Shown here: piece after piece, positions 23,004 through 36,591 of the stretch
Layout of the letters: each line of letters starts with the position of its first letter
Position numbering within the stretch: position 1 is the stretch's first letter
Source of the DNA: Octopus sinensis
Taxonomy: Eukaryota
Assembly (NCBI RefSeq): GCF_006345805.1
Contig: NC_043001.1
Location: 27,838,001 to 27,902,000, forward strand
Direction: 5' to 3'
DNA length: 64,000 bases
The notes under the pieces: model-generated
Told to the model about the DNA's origin: nothing
What the model saw: only the letters and a program-made list of their open reading frames with translations
Databases searched by the model: none
Program-made: the position numbers and the translations under genes

Positions 23004-23009
23004 TATATA

Positions 23010-23155
23010 GGTCTCCATACAGTTTCTGTCTATCATAATCACTCACAAGGCCCGTGACTATTGTATAATACACTTTCCCAAGATGCAACGCAGCGGGGCT
23101 GAGCCCATCATTGTGAGTTTGCAATGTGAGTTTCTAAAACCACACAGCCATGTCT
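23010..23155 (-). mobile_element. Old family B SINE 5' portion
   Basis: cagtttctgtcta...cactcacaagg...ttcccaagatgcaacgcagcggggctgagccc...accacacagcc. Confidence 0.65.
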
Positions 23156-23160
23156 GAGTC

Positions 23161-23387
23161 TATGAACTCAGAACGTAACAGCAGACGAAATACCCATTTC
23201 TTTACTACCCACAAGGGGCTAAACACAGAGAGGGAAAACAAGGACAGACAAACGGATTAAGTCGATTATATTGCGTAACTGGTACTTATTTAATCAGCCC
23301 AGAAAGGATGAAAGGCAAAGTCTACCTCGGCGGAATTTGAACTTAGAACGTAACGGCGTGCTAACGTTTCTGCCAGCTCGCCGCCTT
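23161..23387 (-). mobile_element. Family A1 SINE (internally deleted) plus a short head-less second unit
   Basis: Head aaggcggcgagctggcag at about 23387; junction gaaatg|ggtatttcgtc at about 23194. Confidence 0.88.
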
Positions 23388-24419
23388 AAGTTAAATAACG
23401 ATAATAGCAATAAGAAACAAAAGCAAGTCGATCAGAGGGTGTCTATCTGGTCGCTGGATCTACTAGAAGTAGCAACCGAACCTTCCCTGAAATCACTGTT
23501 ATTTCTTGTCTTCAGAGCGAAAGAGCTTGGATGATGTAAAATCCAGACCGACATAATATGGTTAAATAAAGGACAGGATGGTTGGCCACGGTTTCGATTT
23601 GGACCTTAATGCGCATTCATCCATCCATCCATCGATGCTCTCGGTGTCGGGGGTTGACCTGCTTTCTTTTCTGCGGGTCTTACGAATAGCAAAGGACCAC
23701 AATTCGGACTTCTTCCATCTGGGACGAAGACCGCTTCGCTCAACAGCAACAGCAAGCAACAACAATAACAAGTAAAATGATTGAAAAAGGAACACAACAA
23801 CAAAAAAATCCATTTTAGTCTTGAATAACATTTATTTACAATAGAGAAACTGATGTTCTGGTCACTGTAAACATCATCATCATCATCGCTAAAAAACAAA
23901 CAAACAAAACAAGATAAATAACCAAACATACATACATATACCCATAAAAAATATAACCATAACTTTTTTTTTATCGCACCCCCAAAAAGGGGCTCAAAAA
24001 AAAAAACACAAATCATCTACCAAGAGAAATATAAAAAAATTCAATACTTTCACAAACATGGTTGTCAACAACCAAGGTTTTCGTAACGTTCGTCTTATTA
24101 TTATTATTATTATTATTTATTTATTATTAATTTTTTTTTTTGGTTTTTGTTATTCCACAGCCTCTTCTTCATCTTCGTCTTCTTTATGTCTTTATTCAAA
24201 ATTTCTCTCTCCCCCGCCACTAAACCATCATCTAAGTTTCTTTACATAAACATTTTTCTAGTGTTTTCTTTTTTTTTTCTCCAGCAGCAAAAGTGATCGT
24301 CTGCTGGCTTGCTTGTTCCCTTATTCGGTCATTATATGCTTATATTGGTCAAAGCATAAACGGATTTCAGAAAGGATTACAACTCGATTTTCTTTCTTTC
24401 TTGCTTTTTTCTTTCTTAC

Positions 24420-24485
24420 ACCGTCGTCACCACCACCACCACCACCACCACCACCACCACCACCACCACCACCACCACAACTACT

Positions 24486-24524
<39 letters not shown>

Positions 24525-24630
24525 GTCGTCGTCGTCGTCGTCATCGTCGTCATCGTCGTCGTCGTCGTCATTGTCATCATCATTCATCGTCGTCGTCGTT
24601 ATCGTCATTACCACCACCAACACTACCGCC
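24420..24630. repeat. Compound (CCA)n(CAT)n(CGT)n trinucleotide repeat
   Basis: Seen directly. Confidence 0.95.
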
Positions 24631-24832
24631 CCCCCGCCACTGATGTCAGTGCTATTTATTTATTTATTTATTTATTTATTTATTAGTATGCTTAAATTCA
24701 GAAAGTTGCCATGGAGAATTATTTCTGATCAACGAGAACAATCCCCTCCCCCACAAAAAGAAAACTCGGAAATACCGCTGTTAACAATTGCCACCAGGCT
24801 CGTGATAGCAGTAACACGAACTCAATTCCTGG

Positions 24833-24863
<31 letters not shown>

Positions 24864-25390
24864 CACACACTGGTGTACCTGGGGCGGGTCATTAAACCAA
24901 TAATCAACATACTGATTCAATTTCGCTTCTATATTAGCAGTCAATTCGTTAGTTATTTAACCAACCACCTAATCGATCGTTTCCTTAAGCAGTCGGCCAA
25001 ACAATCAGTCAATTTGTTTGATTGGTCTGTTAAACAGCTAACCAACCGACTAATAACAAAGAAGTGAAGTAGAACAAATGCGTGTGTGTATTATTGGCAT
25101 AATGACCTTCCCAAGAAACAACGAAGTATTTTTCAGCACACAAATTCACATCAAGATTCTTGCAAATCAAATACGAAAACGAAATTTAACGAAACCTTGG
25201 AGAAAGGCAGCAAAAAAAAAATAGAAAAAAAAGAAAAACGGAAAGAAACCATAAGACAGCAAAAAGACGTTAAATGTAACAAAAATATTGTCAAAGTGTA
25301 TTATGGTTCCAAAGTCTTAAATATACACTAATATGTATATATGTGTGTATATATGAATACGTCCTTGTATATAGTGTATATACTCATGAC

Positions 25391-25716
25391 TGGCACTCCG
25401 TCGGTTACAATGACGAGGGTTCCAGCTGATCTGATCAACGGAACTGTCTGCTCGTGAAATTAACAAGCAAGTGGTTGAGTACTCCACAGACAAGCGTATT
25501 CTCAATGTAAGTCTCAGGGACATGCAGTATGACATAGAATGCGACAAGGCCGACCCCTTGAGTTACATGTACCATTCAGACTTTTGCCAGCTAAGTGGGC
25601 GGACAAAAATGTGAAATAAAGCGTCTTGCTCGAGAACACAACGCGTCGCCGGGAATCGAACTCTCGACCTTACGATCGTGAGCCGAATACCTTAATCACT
25701 AAGCCACGCGCCTTCA
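25391..25716 (-). mobile_element. tRNA-derived SINE family D, full length
   Basis: Head tgaaggcgcgtggcttagtg...gagttcgattcccggcg, tail ...gaaccctcgtcattgtaaccgacggagtgcca; homologous to 29715-30036. Confidence 0.88.
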
Positions 25717-25720
25717 TATA

Positions 25721-25955
25721 TATTTCTTTATTGCCCACAAGGGGCTAAACATAGAGGGGACAAACAAGGACAGACAAAGGGATTAAGTCGATTACATCGA
25801 CCCCACTGTGTAACTGGTAATTTATTTATCGACCCCGAAAGGATGAAAGGCAAAGTCGACCTCGGCGGAATTTGAACTCACAACGTAACGACAGGCGAAA
25901 TACGGCTACGCATTTCGCCCGGCGTGCTTAACGTTTCTGCCAGCTCGCCGCCTTG
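25721..25955 (-). mobile_element. Young family A1 SINE inserted at the 5' end of the family D copy, 14-bp TSD
   Basis: TSD cgcgccttcatata at 25707-25720 and 25956-25969. Confidence 0.95.
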
Positions 25956-26068
25956 CGCGCCTTCATATAAGCACACGCGCACAGACACAAATATATCACG
26001 GACTCATCTGTGTTAGACGACAGAAGAGAGTACCGCGGTTTCTTGCCGATCAACTTGTGCGGATGATT

Positions 26069-26117
26069 TACTCTTTTACTCTTTTACGTGTTTCAGTCAT
26101 TTGACTGTGGCCATGTT
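26069..26117 (-). mobile_element. Family B SINE extreme 3' tail
   Basis: tactcttttactcttttacgtgtttcagtcatttgactgtggccatg. Confidence 0.85.
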
Positions 26118-27224
26118 CATTAATGTATGCACATAGACACAGGGTGGGACTCGTTAGTACACAGACCCATATCAAACATACACAAACCCGTATCAAACAC
26201 ACCGCTGCAAATAAGGAGAAAAAGAAACAAGACATCCCACGTTGCAAATAATCTGTGTCCTGATAGCTTCGAAGGAAAGTTATGCTTAAATGATAAACTA
26301 TACATTTTCACAGATACTTTCTGTGGCTCATCCTCAAACCGCATCGCCCTACAACGATAATAATGACAATCTCCCAACATACTTCTCCTTCTTCTCGTCT
26401 TCAATACAATCACCATCATTATAGTCACTGCTACAAATATCATTGCCATAATACAAATATAGAGAGAACGTCTACGTGGTAAGTAGACCTGCTAGAAATG
26501 GCAGCTAAATTTCCCTCAGATTTCATTCTACGGTCTTAAATAAAGGATATATTGGACACTATAGTCCTTGATATACAATAAAACGGATGACGATGGGTTG
26601 AATGTCTTTGATCATAGATGTGTTTGATCATGATTGAACCGAGACCCAACACTAACAACAGCCCACACTAAATTACAACAAAACTAACCTCATGATAATG
26701 TTCATTCCAACCATTATCACTCTTAACATAGACATTTTTTTTCAATTTCCATGTCCACCAAAATCATATTTTTTTTTTATTATTCATTTTGAATCTGTAT
26801 ATAAGGAAGAATAAGTACCCAAGTTATTTCAGATCAGTTATGATTTATTATGAAATTATTAATAGAAATGATAGTTACTGACAGTTAATGATAGAAAACG
26901 GGAATAACATCACGAACGGGAATAACATCGGATCAGAAATAAGTCGGAAATAAAGTCAGAGTACAGTGAAGTCAGAGTACATCTCAGAGTACAGTGAACA
27001 TACATTTTCGTTCAAATATATATTTACTAGACATCTCTGAACAAAAATATGTTAACATTTAATTAACCATTAACTTCTATCTTTTTCTTCCAGCCTCAAA
27101 ACATCATCTGTAGTTGTCTGTTACTGGGATAGAGAATATTGAATGATTCATAGGTTCAAGAAATAAATTTCTTTTGAATGCGTGTGATTATTAACGATCT
27201 CAGTACTTGACTTGTGGTTAATTT

Positions 27225-27350
27225 ATCGCTCTCCGGAAAGAGGCGAAATTGCAAAGTCGAGCTTCGTGGGAATTTGAACCCAGAACGTAAAGAGATGAGA
27301 CTAAATACTGCAAATATTTTGTCTGGCATTTTACTGTCAGCACCAATCCA
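27225..27350 (-). mobile_element. Diverged family A SINE fragment
   Basis: caaagtcgagcttcgtgggaatttgaacccagaacgtaaag. Confidence 0.7.
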
Positions 27351-27674
27351 ATGCATTGCTGGAGGAGAAAATATTATTGCTTTATATGTTGTCGTTAACG
27401 GCTCCAAAGAGCAACCCGCCCCCGCACACATAAAAATGGGTAAAAATAAAAATAAAATCAGCGATTTAGGAATATTTTCGAGCGCTTTTGTGATCTACAC
27501 ACATACACACACACAAAAAAAATTCTATTTAATTTTTTTTTGTATTTTAATTATATTAAAAAAAAAATTTGAATCCTATATTTTCATTTTAAAGTTTAAT
27601 TTGAAGATATTTGTACATATGCATGTGTGCATCTGTCAATATTTTTATATATATCTAAATGCATAAATAGCTGT

Positions 27675-27679
27675 AACTA

Positions 27680-27723
<44 letters not shown>

Positions 27724-27733
27724 ATATATGCAT

Positions 27734-27767
<34 letters not shown>

Positions 27768-27972
27768 GCATACACATACATATGTATTGTCTCTTTTTGT
27801 ATCACCTAGTTGTCCGGATGTTTTGCGTTCTTGTCCCATTTTGTATTTTATATGTATATATATATAGCGACGTACGTACACTTTGTTCTCTTATATGTAA
27901 GTCTATATATATACATATATATATATATACGTATGTATGTATGCATACACGTATACAAACATATATAGACAA

Positions 27973-28004
<32 letters not shown>

Positions 28005-28110
28005 CTTTATGTATGTATATATATATATATGTGTGTGTGTGCGTGCATGCGCGCGTGTATATATATCACATATGTATACATTTGTTTGTGTATGTGTATA
28101 TGTGTATATT
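27675..28110. repeat. (TA)n/(CA)n/(TG)n microsatellite field
   Basis: Seen directly. Confidence 0.9.
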
Positions 28111-29247
28111 GTGCTTATTTCTACCGGAATATTTGTAAGTATTGCTATCAATTTCTATTAGTTTTGTGTTTTGTATTAATTATTCTGCATTCAGTATAAC
28201 ACAATACCTTTAAATATTGTATTATTTTTTTGTAGCAATTAAATAAATGATTATTTCTCGTTAATTTTCTCAGTTTTTTTTGTATTTGATTATTTTTATT
28301 TTTTATTTTAAAAATATTTTTTACATCTTTAATACTTTTTTAAAATCCATTTTTTAAACATTTTCTTATAAAAATTTATATATTTTTTATGTCCAAAAGC
28401 TGTATTAACTTCGCCAGTCAGTCTGTTTAGTTTAATTTAAAAACATTTAATACAAATAATTTCACGAACGACAAAGAAATATAACCTTAATTTTGGTCTT
28501 TATGTACCATATATGGGTATTTGAAACGTTATAACGCAAAGTATTTTAAGAAATATTCATACAAGGCCAGAAGTTTATTGCGTGGAATTCGTGCATTTCT
28601 GGAGGATATTTGCAACCTAAGCAAAATGAAGGAAAATTATTGCCCCCAGGAATTGAAACTGGGTTCTCGCCGACCCCGGTTTACCAAGAGAGCTTATCTC
28701 TATTTCCTGACGGTGCTGTCCACGTTTTGAGAATGGGGCGCTTTGACGTTTATATTTTCTCCAAAGTGCTTAGTTTAATAAAGAATAGGAACAAGCTACC
28801 CCGTGGATTCGAAACCGGTTACAGATTTCGTGCGTTAGAAGCTCTATGGTTTCAACTTCACAGTTCTCACCTCATACCGGCTTAATAAGGCCTGTAATCA
28901 AATTCTACAGAGCTAAATCGAAGACAATAGATGAATAAATAAGAATAATATAATTCATATCCATAAGAGAAATCATCCAGATAACTCTACTAATGAGATT
29001 CAAGGAAAATATATTTGTAGTAAAAAATATATTCAAAGAATTACACTACAGTTTGAAGCAAGCTTTATTACTAGAACTTCATTTCACTGATAGCAGTTAT
29101 TTTAGGAAGTGGTAACTCATATGTACATTTAAACATTTCGAGTACTACAAAATAGAACTATTTGAAAATTATATTTTGTAATTTTTCCATGGAACATACA
29201 CCCACCATTTAACAAGTTATTTTCTTTTATGTACACGCACGCACATA

Positions 29248-29654
29248 TTCTCTTTTACTCTTTTACTTGTTTCAGTCATTTGACTGTGGCCATGCTGGAG
29301 CACCGCCTTTAGTCGAGCAAATCGACCCCAGGATTTATTCTTTGTAAGCCCAGTACTTATTCTATCGGTCTCTTTTGCCGAACCGCTAAGTTACGGGGAC
29401 GTAAACACACCAGCATCGGTTGTCAAGCGATGTTGGGGGGACAGACACAGACACACAAACACACACACGCACACACACATATACATATATACGACGGGCT
29501 TCTTTCAGTTTCCGTCTACCAAATCCACTCACAAGGCTTTGGTCGGCCCAAGGCTATAGTAGAAGACACTTGCCCAAGGTGCCACGCAGTGGGACTGAAC
29601 CCGGAGCCATGTGGTTCGTAAGCAAGCTACTTACCACACAGCCACTCCTGCGCC
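29248..29654 (-). mobile_element. SINE family B, full length
   Basis: Complete tail to head (...ttaccacacagccactcctgcgcc). Confidence 0.95.
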
Positions 29655-29714
29655 TATATAATCACTCCGTTCAATTTTTTTTGTCACACACGGAGGTAGT
29701 TCGGTCTATCTGAA

Positions 29715-30036
29715 CTGGCACTCCGTCGGTTGCGACGACGAGGGTTCCAGCTGATCCGATCAACGGAACAGCCTGCTCGTGAAATTAACATGCAAGTGGC
29801 TGAGCACTCCACAGACACGCGTACCCTTAACGTAGATCTCAGAGGCAGTCAGCGTGACACAGAAAGTGACATGGTCGGCCCCTTGATTTACAGGTACTGC
29901 TCAATTTTGCCAGCTGAGTGGGCTGGAGCAACGTGAAATAAAGAGTCTTGCTCAAGGACACAACGCGCCGCCGGGAATCGAACTCTCGAGCTTACGATCG
30001 TGAGCCGTTTACCCTAGTCACTAAACCACGCGTCCT
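29715..30036 (-). mobile_element. SINE family D, full length
   Basis: Homologous to 25391-25716. Confidence 0.9.
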
Positions 30037-30096
30037 TCTTTCTATCTATCTCTATCCTTCCGTTAAGAGATTTCCACGCGGCTAGAAATAGAGAAG

Positions 30097-30097
<1 letters not shown>

Positions 30098-30159
<62 letters not shown>

Positions 30160-31500
30160 ACACACACACACACATACTACACACACACGCACACAGCTCA
30201 CATACACACACACACACACACACACATACTACACACACACGCACACAGCTCACATACACACACACGCACACACACACACACACACACAGAGCACACTCAC
30301 AGTACACACACAGCACACACAGCACATACACACACACAACACACACACACACACACACTCTTGTCTTCTCCCATACATGCTTAGAGAGAGATGGACTGTG
30401 AATTTGTCCTTGTATGTGTGTTAGTGTGTGTGGAAGAGGACATATGGAGTTGTAAGAGCATGTGTATGTATGTATGTATGTATGTATGTATGTATGTATG
30501 AATGTATGAATGTATGTATGTGTATGTATGTATGTATGAATGTATGTATGTATGTATGTATGTATGATGTATGTATGTATGTATGGTATGTATGTATGTA
30601 TGTATTAATGTATGTATGTATGAATGTATGTATGTATGTATGTATGTATGTATGTATGAATGTATGTATGTATGTATTGTATGTATGTATGATGTATGTA
30701 TGTATGTATGTATGTATAATGTATGAATGTATGTATGAATGTATGTAATGTATGTATGTATGTATGTATGTATGAATGTATGATGTATGTATGTATGTAT
30801 GTATGTTGGTATGTATGTATGTATTGTATGTATGTATGTATGTATGAATTATGATGTATGTATGTATGTATGTATTATGTATGAATGTATTATGTATGAA
30901 TGTATTATGTATGTATGTATGTATGTATGTATGAATGTATGAATGTATGTATGTATGTATGTATGTATGTATGTATGTATGTATAATGTATGTATGTATG
31001 TATTGTATGTATGTATGTATGTATGTATGTTATGAATGTATGTATGTATGTATGTATGCATGAATGTATGTATGTATGTATGTATGTATGTATGAATGTA
31101 TGATGTATGTATGAATGTAGTTTGTATGTATGTATGTATGAATGTATGATGTATGTATGTATGTATGTATGTATGTATGAATGTATGAAGTATGAATGTA
31201 TGAATGTATGTATGTATGTATGTATGTATGTATGTATGAATGTATGAATGTATGTATGTATGTATGTATGTATGTATGTATGTATGTATGTATGAATGTA
31301 TGTATGTATGTATGTATGTATGTATACATATATAATGTATATACTTACACATGAAGATGTGTAAGGAGATCTAATATGTGTGTGTATGTGTGTATATGTG
31401 CATGTGTATGTGAATATGTGTGTGTGTATGCATATGTGTGTGTACATGTGTGTGTGTGCATGTGTGCGCGCGCGTGTGTGCGCGCGCGCGTGCGTGTGTG
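30098..31500. repeat. (CA)n field, ~870-bp (TATG/AATG)n field, then (TG)n
   Basis: Seen directly. Confidence 0.95.
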
Positions 31501-32149
31501 AAAGTGAGAAAGATTGATAGAGTGAGATCATAAAAACAAAACTACAATAATACCAAAAAAAAAAAGCACGAAAAATATTGACCAGACTGGCGAGTTTTTT
31601 TTGTTTTTGTTTACGGTTAATTGCATGAAGTACAAATATATACAATTTCTGTTAAAAAAATACTTTATATTCACACGAATTCTCCCATTCTCAAGAATCA
31701 CACACGACCATTTATTCAAAATGCCGACGCATATCTTATTATCAGATTCATTCATAAGCATTCTAACGCCAAACACACGGGCAATTATCCTTTCCACGTT
31801 TAAATACTCTTCCTCAACCAACCCCACTACGCCTCAGCTTGGATCCTTATCGTCCAAATTTGCGCAGCTGCAGTTCTTGTCTTCAAGATGACCAACCCGA
31901 AGACCAGTTCGGTAATAGATGAGATGTCGAGTATTCTTATTTTTCATATTTTTAACGTTGGAAACTCTTTCAAAACCTTGTTTCATAATGAATTATTGCT
32001 TGGAATACACTTTTGAATTTGCTCGTGTAGAACAAATTGAACATTTAAGATGATTTTTTAAAAGCTTTTATCGCAGTTGCGGGACGTTTTACAAAATGTT
32101 TAAAGCTAAGACATGCAGAACAATATAAATACAGACGAAACAACGAGAA

Positions 32150-32785
32150 GAAAAGGAAGAAAGAATGTTAAAGAGAGGAAGAGAGAGGGAGAGAGGGAGG
32201 TACAAAGAGGGGAACAGAAATAGGAAGGTGGCGGTAAGAGGTATAGATAAAGAGATAGAATTAGATAGAGTGGTAGAGAGAGTTAGATTGATAAAGAGAG
32301 AGAGAGAGAAAGAGAAAGCGAGAGAGAGGGGGGGTAAGGGTTGATAACAAATGGGAGTAGTATCAGCAATTATATTGATATCCTTTCGTCACTGGTATTT
32401 AATTATTTTATCGATCTCGTGAGGATAAAAGCAAAAGGCAAAGTTGAACTTATGAAGATTTTTAACTTAGAAGAGTGAGGTATTCGTTAGAGAGATATAG
32501 AATTAATTATTGTAAGTTTTAGCTGTGAATGGAATGGTCTCAGACTTCCTTCTCCTCATCTGAACACTTAGAGAAAATGTTTCCAATATTTTTATGAGGT
32601 ACATTGAGTCACGGTCGCGGGTTGACTTACTCGTGTGTACAAGTGTAGTTTCGTATTTGCTCAGATAAGGGAGAGAGAGAGGGAGAGAAGGAGAGAAAGG
32701 AGAGAGAGAAAGGAAGTGAAAGAGGGGAGAGAAAAAGAAACAGAGAAACGAAAGAGAAAGCGAGGGAGAAAGAGAGAGAGAGAAA

Positions 32786-32824
<39 letters not shown>

Positions 32825-32887
32825 AAACAGATAGAGACAAAGAGAGACAGAGAAAGCGAGACAGAAAAAAATGAGAACGAGTGAGAA

Positions 32888-32918
<31 letters not shown>

Positions 32919-33103
32919 GAGGGAGAAAAATATTCAGATAGAAGATAGATATATAGAAAGGGAGAATGGAAAGAGAGGGAGATAGCGACATAAGAAAGGC
33001 AGATAGACAGGAAGAGACAGAGATAGAGAAAGAAAGAGAGAAAAGAGAGGCTGAGAGAGAGAAAAAAGAGAGCCAGGTAGATAGATAAATAAATAGTTAG
33101 TTT

Positions 33104-33140
<37 letters not shown>

Positions 33141-33187
33141 CGAGAAAGGCAGAAAAAAGCGAGAGAGAGGGGCGAATGAGCGTGTGT

Positions 33188-33219
<32 letters not shown>

Positions 33220-33270
33220 CAGAGAGAGAGAGAGGGAGAGAGAGAAGAGGGGAGGGTTTGTGTGTCACGT
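32150..33270. repeat. Polypurine (GA)n-rich field with (CA)n and (TAGA)n inserts
   Basis: Seen directly; includes a decayed family A fragment at about 32360-32470. Confidence 0.85.
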
Positions 33271-33599
33271 TTATAGATTCACTAATCGGAATTTATTGTT
33301 CATAAACGCATCTTATTAGTGTTGTCTGCCATTTTCTTTTGGCTTCTGAGTTCAGTTCAACATTGCGTGTCTTCACGATTCACAATAAAAAAAAAAACTT
33401 TGTTTTGCACCTCATTTTTTTAAAAATCAAATCTAATTGCAATAGAGTTAAATTAATTTATTAGTTTATTAGTGGAAACTGATACAATACAGATTCCGGT
33501 ACATGGAATGCCACAAGAAATATGGGAATTTTTGGAGAAATATTAAACAATTCTTTATTTACACCTATCGGTTTACAATTATATACAGAAAAATTATAC

Positions 33600-33910
33600 G
33601 TATATATATATATATATATATATAATATATTATAATACATACATACATATAATATATACAATTATATACATACATATATATAGATACATAATATATATAT
33701 ACATATATATGAATATGTAATATGCATATATATATATATATATTTACATACATACATTCATGCATACATGTACACATACATACATGCATACATATACGCA
33801 CACGTATATACATACATGTATATATATGTCTTGAGTGCTTCGGCGTGTCCTCTCTATATAGAGAAAATTTACCTTTAAAAATAAATTATACATACATACA
33901 TATATATATA

Positions 33911-33955
<45 letters not shown>

Positions 33956-34015
33956 CATTTGTATATATATATATATATATACATACATACATACATACAC
34001 ACACATATATATATT
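33600..34015. repeat. (TA)n/(CATA)n microsatellite field
   Basis: Seen directly. Confidence 0.9.
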
Positions 34016-34044
34016 TGAATGACTGTCTTCGTGACGTTTTTACA

Positions 34045-34451
34045 TGACGTCATAAGAGCGAATGATATATTTATTACTTTTTAATGTTATCCTCCACCAG
34101 CTCCCTCCTCCGGAAACAGTTAAGGATGGTTTGTTCATCGTCTCATAACCAATTTCTTTTATATATTCTGGCTCCGAACGAAGATCTTGGACCATTACGT
34201 AACTGTGGCATAAAAACACACACGCACACACTAGTGTCAGTTATGGCTCACACTTTCCAAGTTCGTCAATAAGTGAATCTGAATAGAATCCAGCATACAA
34301 CACTTAACAAAGGAAAAGGAAGTCAAACACCCTTCAAGTTATGCAGGGGTGTCTGCTCCCGCTGCTTACACATGTGAGCCTCCATTGGTAGTAGTTTATT
34401 GCGCCAGTGTTGAGATATAAACAGTGGCTTCTTTCTTTTATGCTTTCATTT
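34045..34451 (+). promoter_or_regulatory. Candidate RNA Pol II promoter (CRE, PAR/bZIP site, CCAAT, TATA, Inr)
   Basis: TGACGTCA 34045-34052, TTACGTAA 34195-34202, ATTGG 34384-34388, TATAAA 34416-34421 and TCATTT (TCAKTY Inr) 34446-34451 with A+1 32 nt after the TATA start, all in non-repetitive sequence. Confidence 0.45.
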
Positions 34452-34555
34452 TAATTTTCCTTCCCAGACCGTTGGCCTATCGGTAATACCACTCTACTAT
34501 GACCAGTTTCGTAACAGCATCGTTCTCTCCCCCTATATTAATAATAATAATAATG

Positions 34556-34599
<44 letters not shown>

Positions 34600-34741
34600 T
34601 ATTATTATTATTATGATTACTATTAAAAAAAAAAAAGTTTTTACTCTTGAGAAACTGTTGTGCCATTTTGATATAGATATTTGTAGTTATTTATGATTTT
34701 TGAAAATATACAGTTGTTTAGCAACCTTCTGTTTCGTTATT

Positions 34742-34812
34742 GAACGAACTGGATTTGAACCAGCGACCGTTCAGTCGTTAGATTAACTCCTGACTGATTC
34801 CATTGGCTGCAA
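34742..34812 (-). pseudogene. Degenerate tRNA-like fragment (SINE head or tRNA pseudogene)
   Basis: Minus strand reads ggtcgctggttcaaatccagttcg, a T-arm like that of tRNA-Tyr. No convincing acceptor or D stems. Confidence 0.35.
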
Positions 34813-35461
34813 CTAATACCAACTCCAATTGTCTCTTATTTATTTTTCAGGTCTGAAAAGTGCTGAACAGCGACCAATTTATGGAAATTGGTGTGACACG
34901 AATAGGAATATATACCATTAAAAAAAATTCTTAATCAGTGTTTATATATATATTTGGATTTTTCGGTTTTCTTATCAAAAGAATAAACTTCATTTTTAAA
35001 TACAGTAACACTAACAACAAACAGTAACGATTGCTAATTTGGGTATGAGGTCAAAAAATTTAGGGCGATAGGTTAGGTAGATATGTATGCAGTTGGTATA
35101 ATCAGTCTATGATTATAGATTTTTAACTCGGCCATATTTTGTCGATTCCGTAAAAAAAAAGAAATGAAAGATGAACGGCTGAGTCGGCCTTAGGGAGATT
35201 TGAAAATAAAACTTATACGGACTTACGACATTTGTCAGCCGCTCAATAATTATATATTTTAATAATTATATATTTTATTTGATATTTTTTAAAACATTAA
35301 TTCAGAAGGAATGTCAATTTAAATTGGAAGGAAATAATAAGAAAAAAAACTGGAAAAAAAACGTTCTTTCAGAGGTGTGTCTATTTTGTTGGAATTTGAA
35401 ATCATTTAATATTTAAAGTAAAGGTATTAGCACGTTATCAGTATTTTATGAAAGATTATGA

Positions 35462-35462
<1 letters not shown>

Positions 35463-35531
<69 letters not shown>

Positions 35532-35757
35532 GTTTGTCAGCTTGCCTGTCTGTCTGTTTGTCTGCATCTATATACATATGTATATAAGGAAACATACATG
35601 TATCAACGAGTCAGGTAAAAGCAAATGTGTGTTTGTGTGTGTGCGTGTGTGGGTTTGTGTATGTGTGTGTGTTTGGCTATTTATATATGCATTAACAGAT
35701 ATGTATTGTATATGTATGTATATGTATTATAATATATGTATATATATTATATATATA

Positions 35758-35792
<35 letters not shown>

Positions 35793-35980
35793 ATCTATAT
35801 AATTATATATGTATATATATATATATATTATATACATACATGTATATATATAGGTGTGTATACGTAATTTATGCACGTTTGCACATAAATGTACATACAG
35901 ATTCTTAGATGTATATATGTATATACATGTATATACATCTATATGTAGATACACACACACGCACACGCACACACACACAG
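35463..35980. repeat. (TCTA)n, (TG)n and (TA)n microsatellites
   Basis: Seen directly. Confidence 0.9.
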
Positions 35981-36354
35981 AGCCTAGATTTTTATCTACT
36001 CCATTCCCTAATCTTTGGATATACTCACATATCAACGAGTTTCATTCATTGATCCGAAGGATGGAAATTACGTTATGAATGTTGCTACGACGTCACAAAA
36101 TACAGATCAGCTTTAAAATTACCTCACTACCTTCATAAGCACTTAATGTATTTATCGTGAATATAGACATGATGTCGTCATAAAGCTTATATTGTGTTAT
36201 AATTGCATTTGTATTGTGACTTATTAATATTTGCCTCTTTATTTTTGAATTTACATCAGGTATTGAATATTGAATTTCGTTACAAAAAAATAAAAATTAA
36301 AGCAAAAATGAACGATGGAAAACAAAAAGTAACTGCAAACGGTATGAATGTTAG

Positions 36355-36556
36355 CAGTATGTATACATATGTGTGTACTGTGTGTGTGTGTGCGTGCGTG
36401 TATATATATGTATATATGTATGTGTATACATGTATGTATGTATATGTGTATGTATGTATATATATTTATAGATGCATGTGTATGTATGTGTGCGTGTGTG
36501 TGTATATATGTGTGTATGAATATATGTATGTATATATATATATATGATATGTATGC

Positions 36557-36591
<35 letters not shown>

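Noticed and set aside
23578-23775. LSFLRVLRIAK resembling a voltage-sensor S4 segment
   Set aside because: Only 2-3 charge periods, no acceptor or donor framing it, and no other channel exons.
31838-31911. AG/GT-bounded 74-nt segment, one frame reading WILIVQICAAAVLVFK (tetraspanin TM3-like)
   Set aside because: Single weak resemblance, no neighbouring compatible exons, and several frames on both strands are equally open; unresolved.
36250-36266. AG|GT juxtapositions (also 34849-34852) as recursive splice sites
   Set aside because: The regenerated donors GTATTG and GTCTGA are far from the GTAAGT-like consensus of ratchet points.
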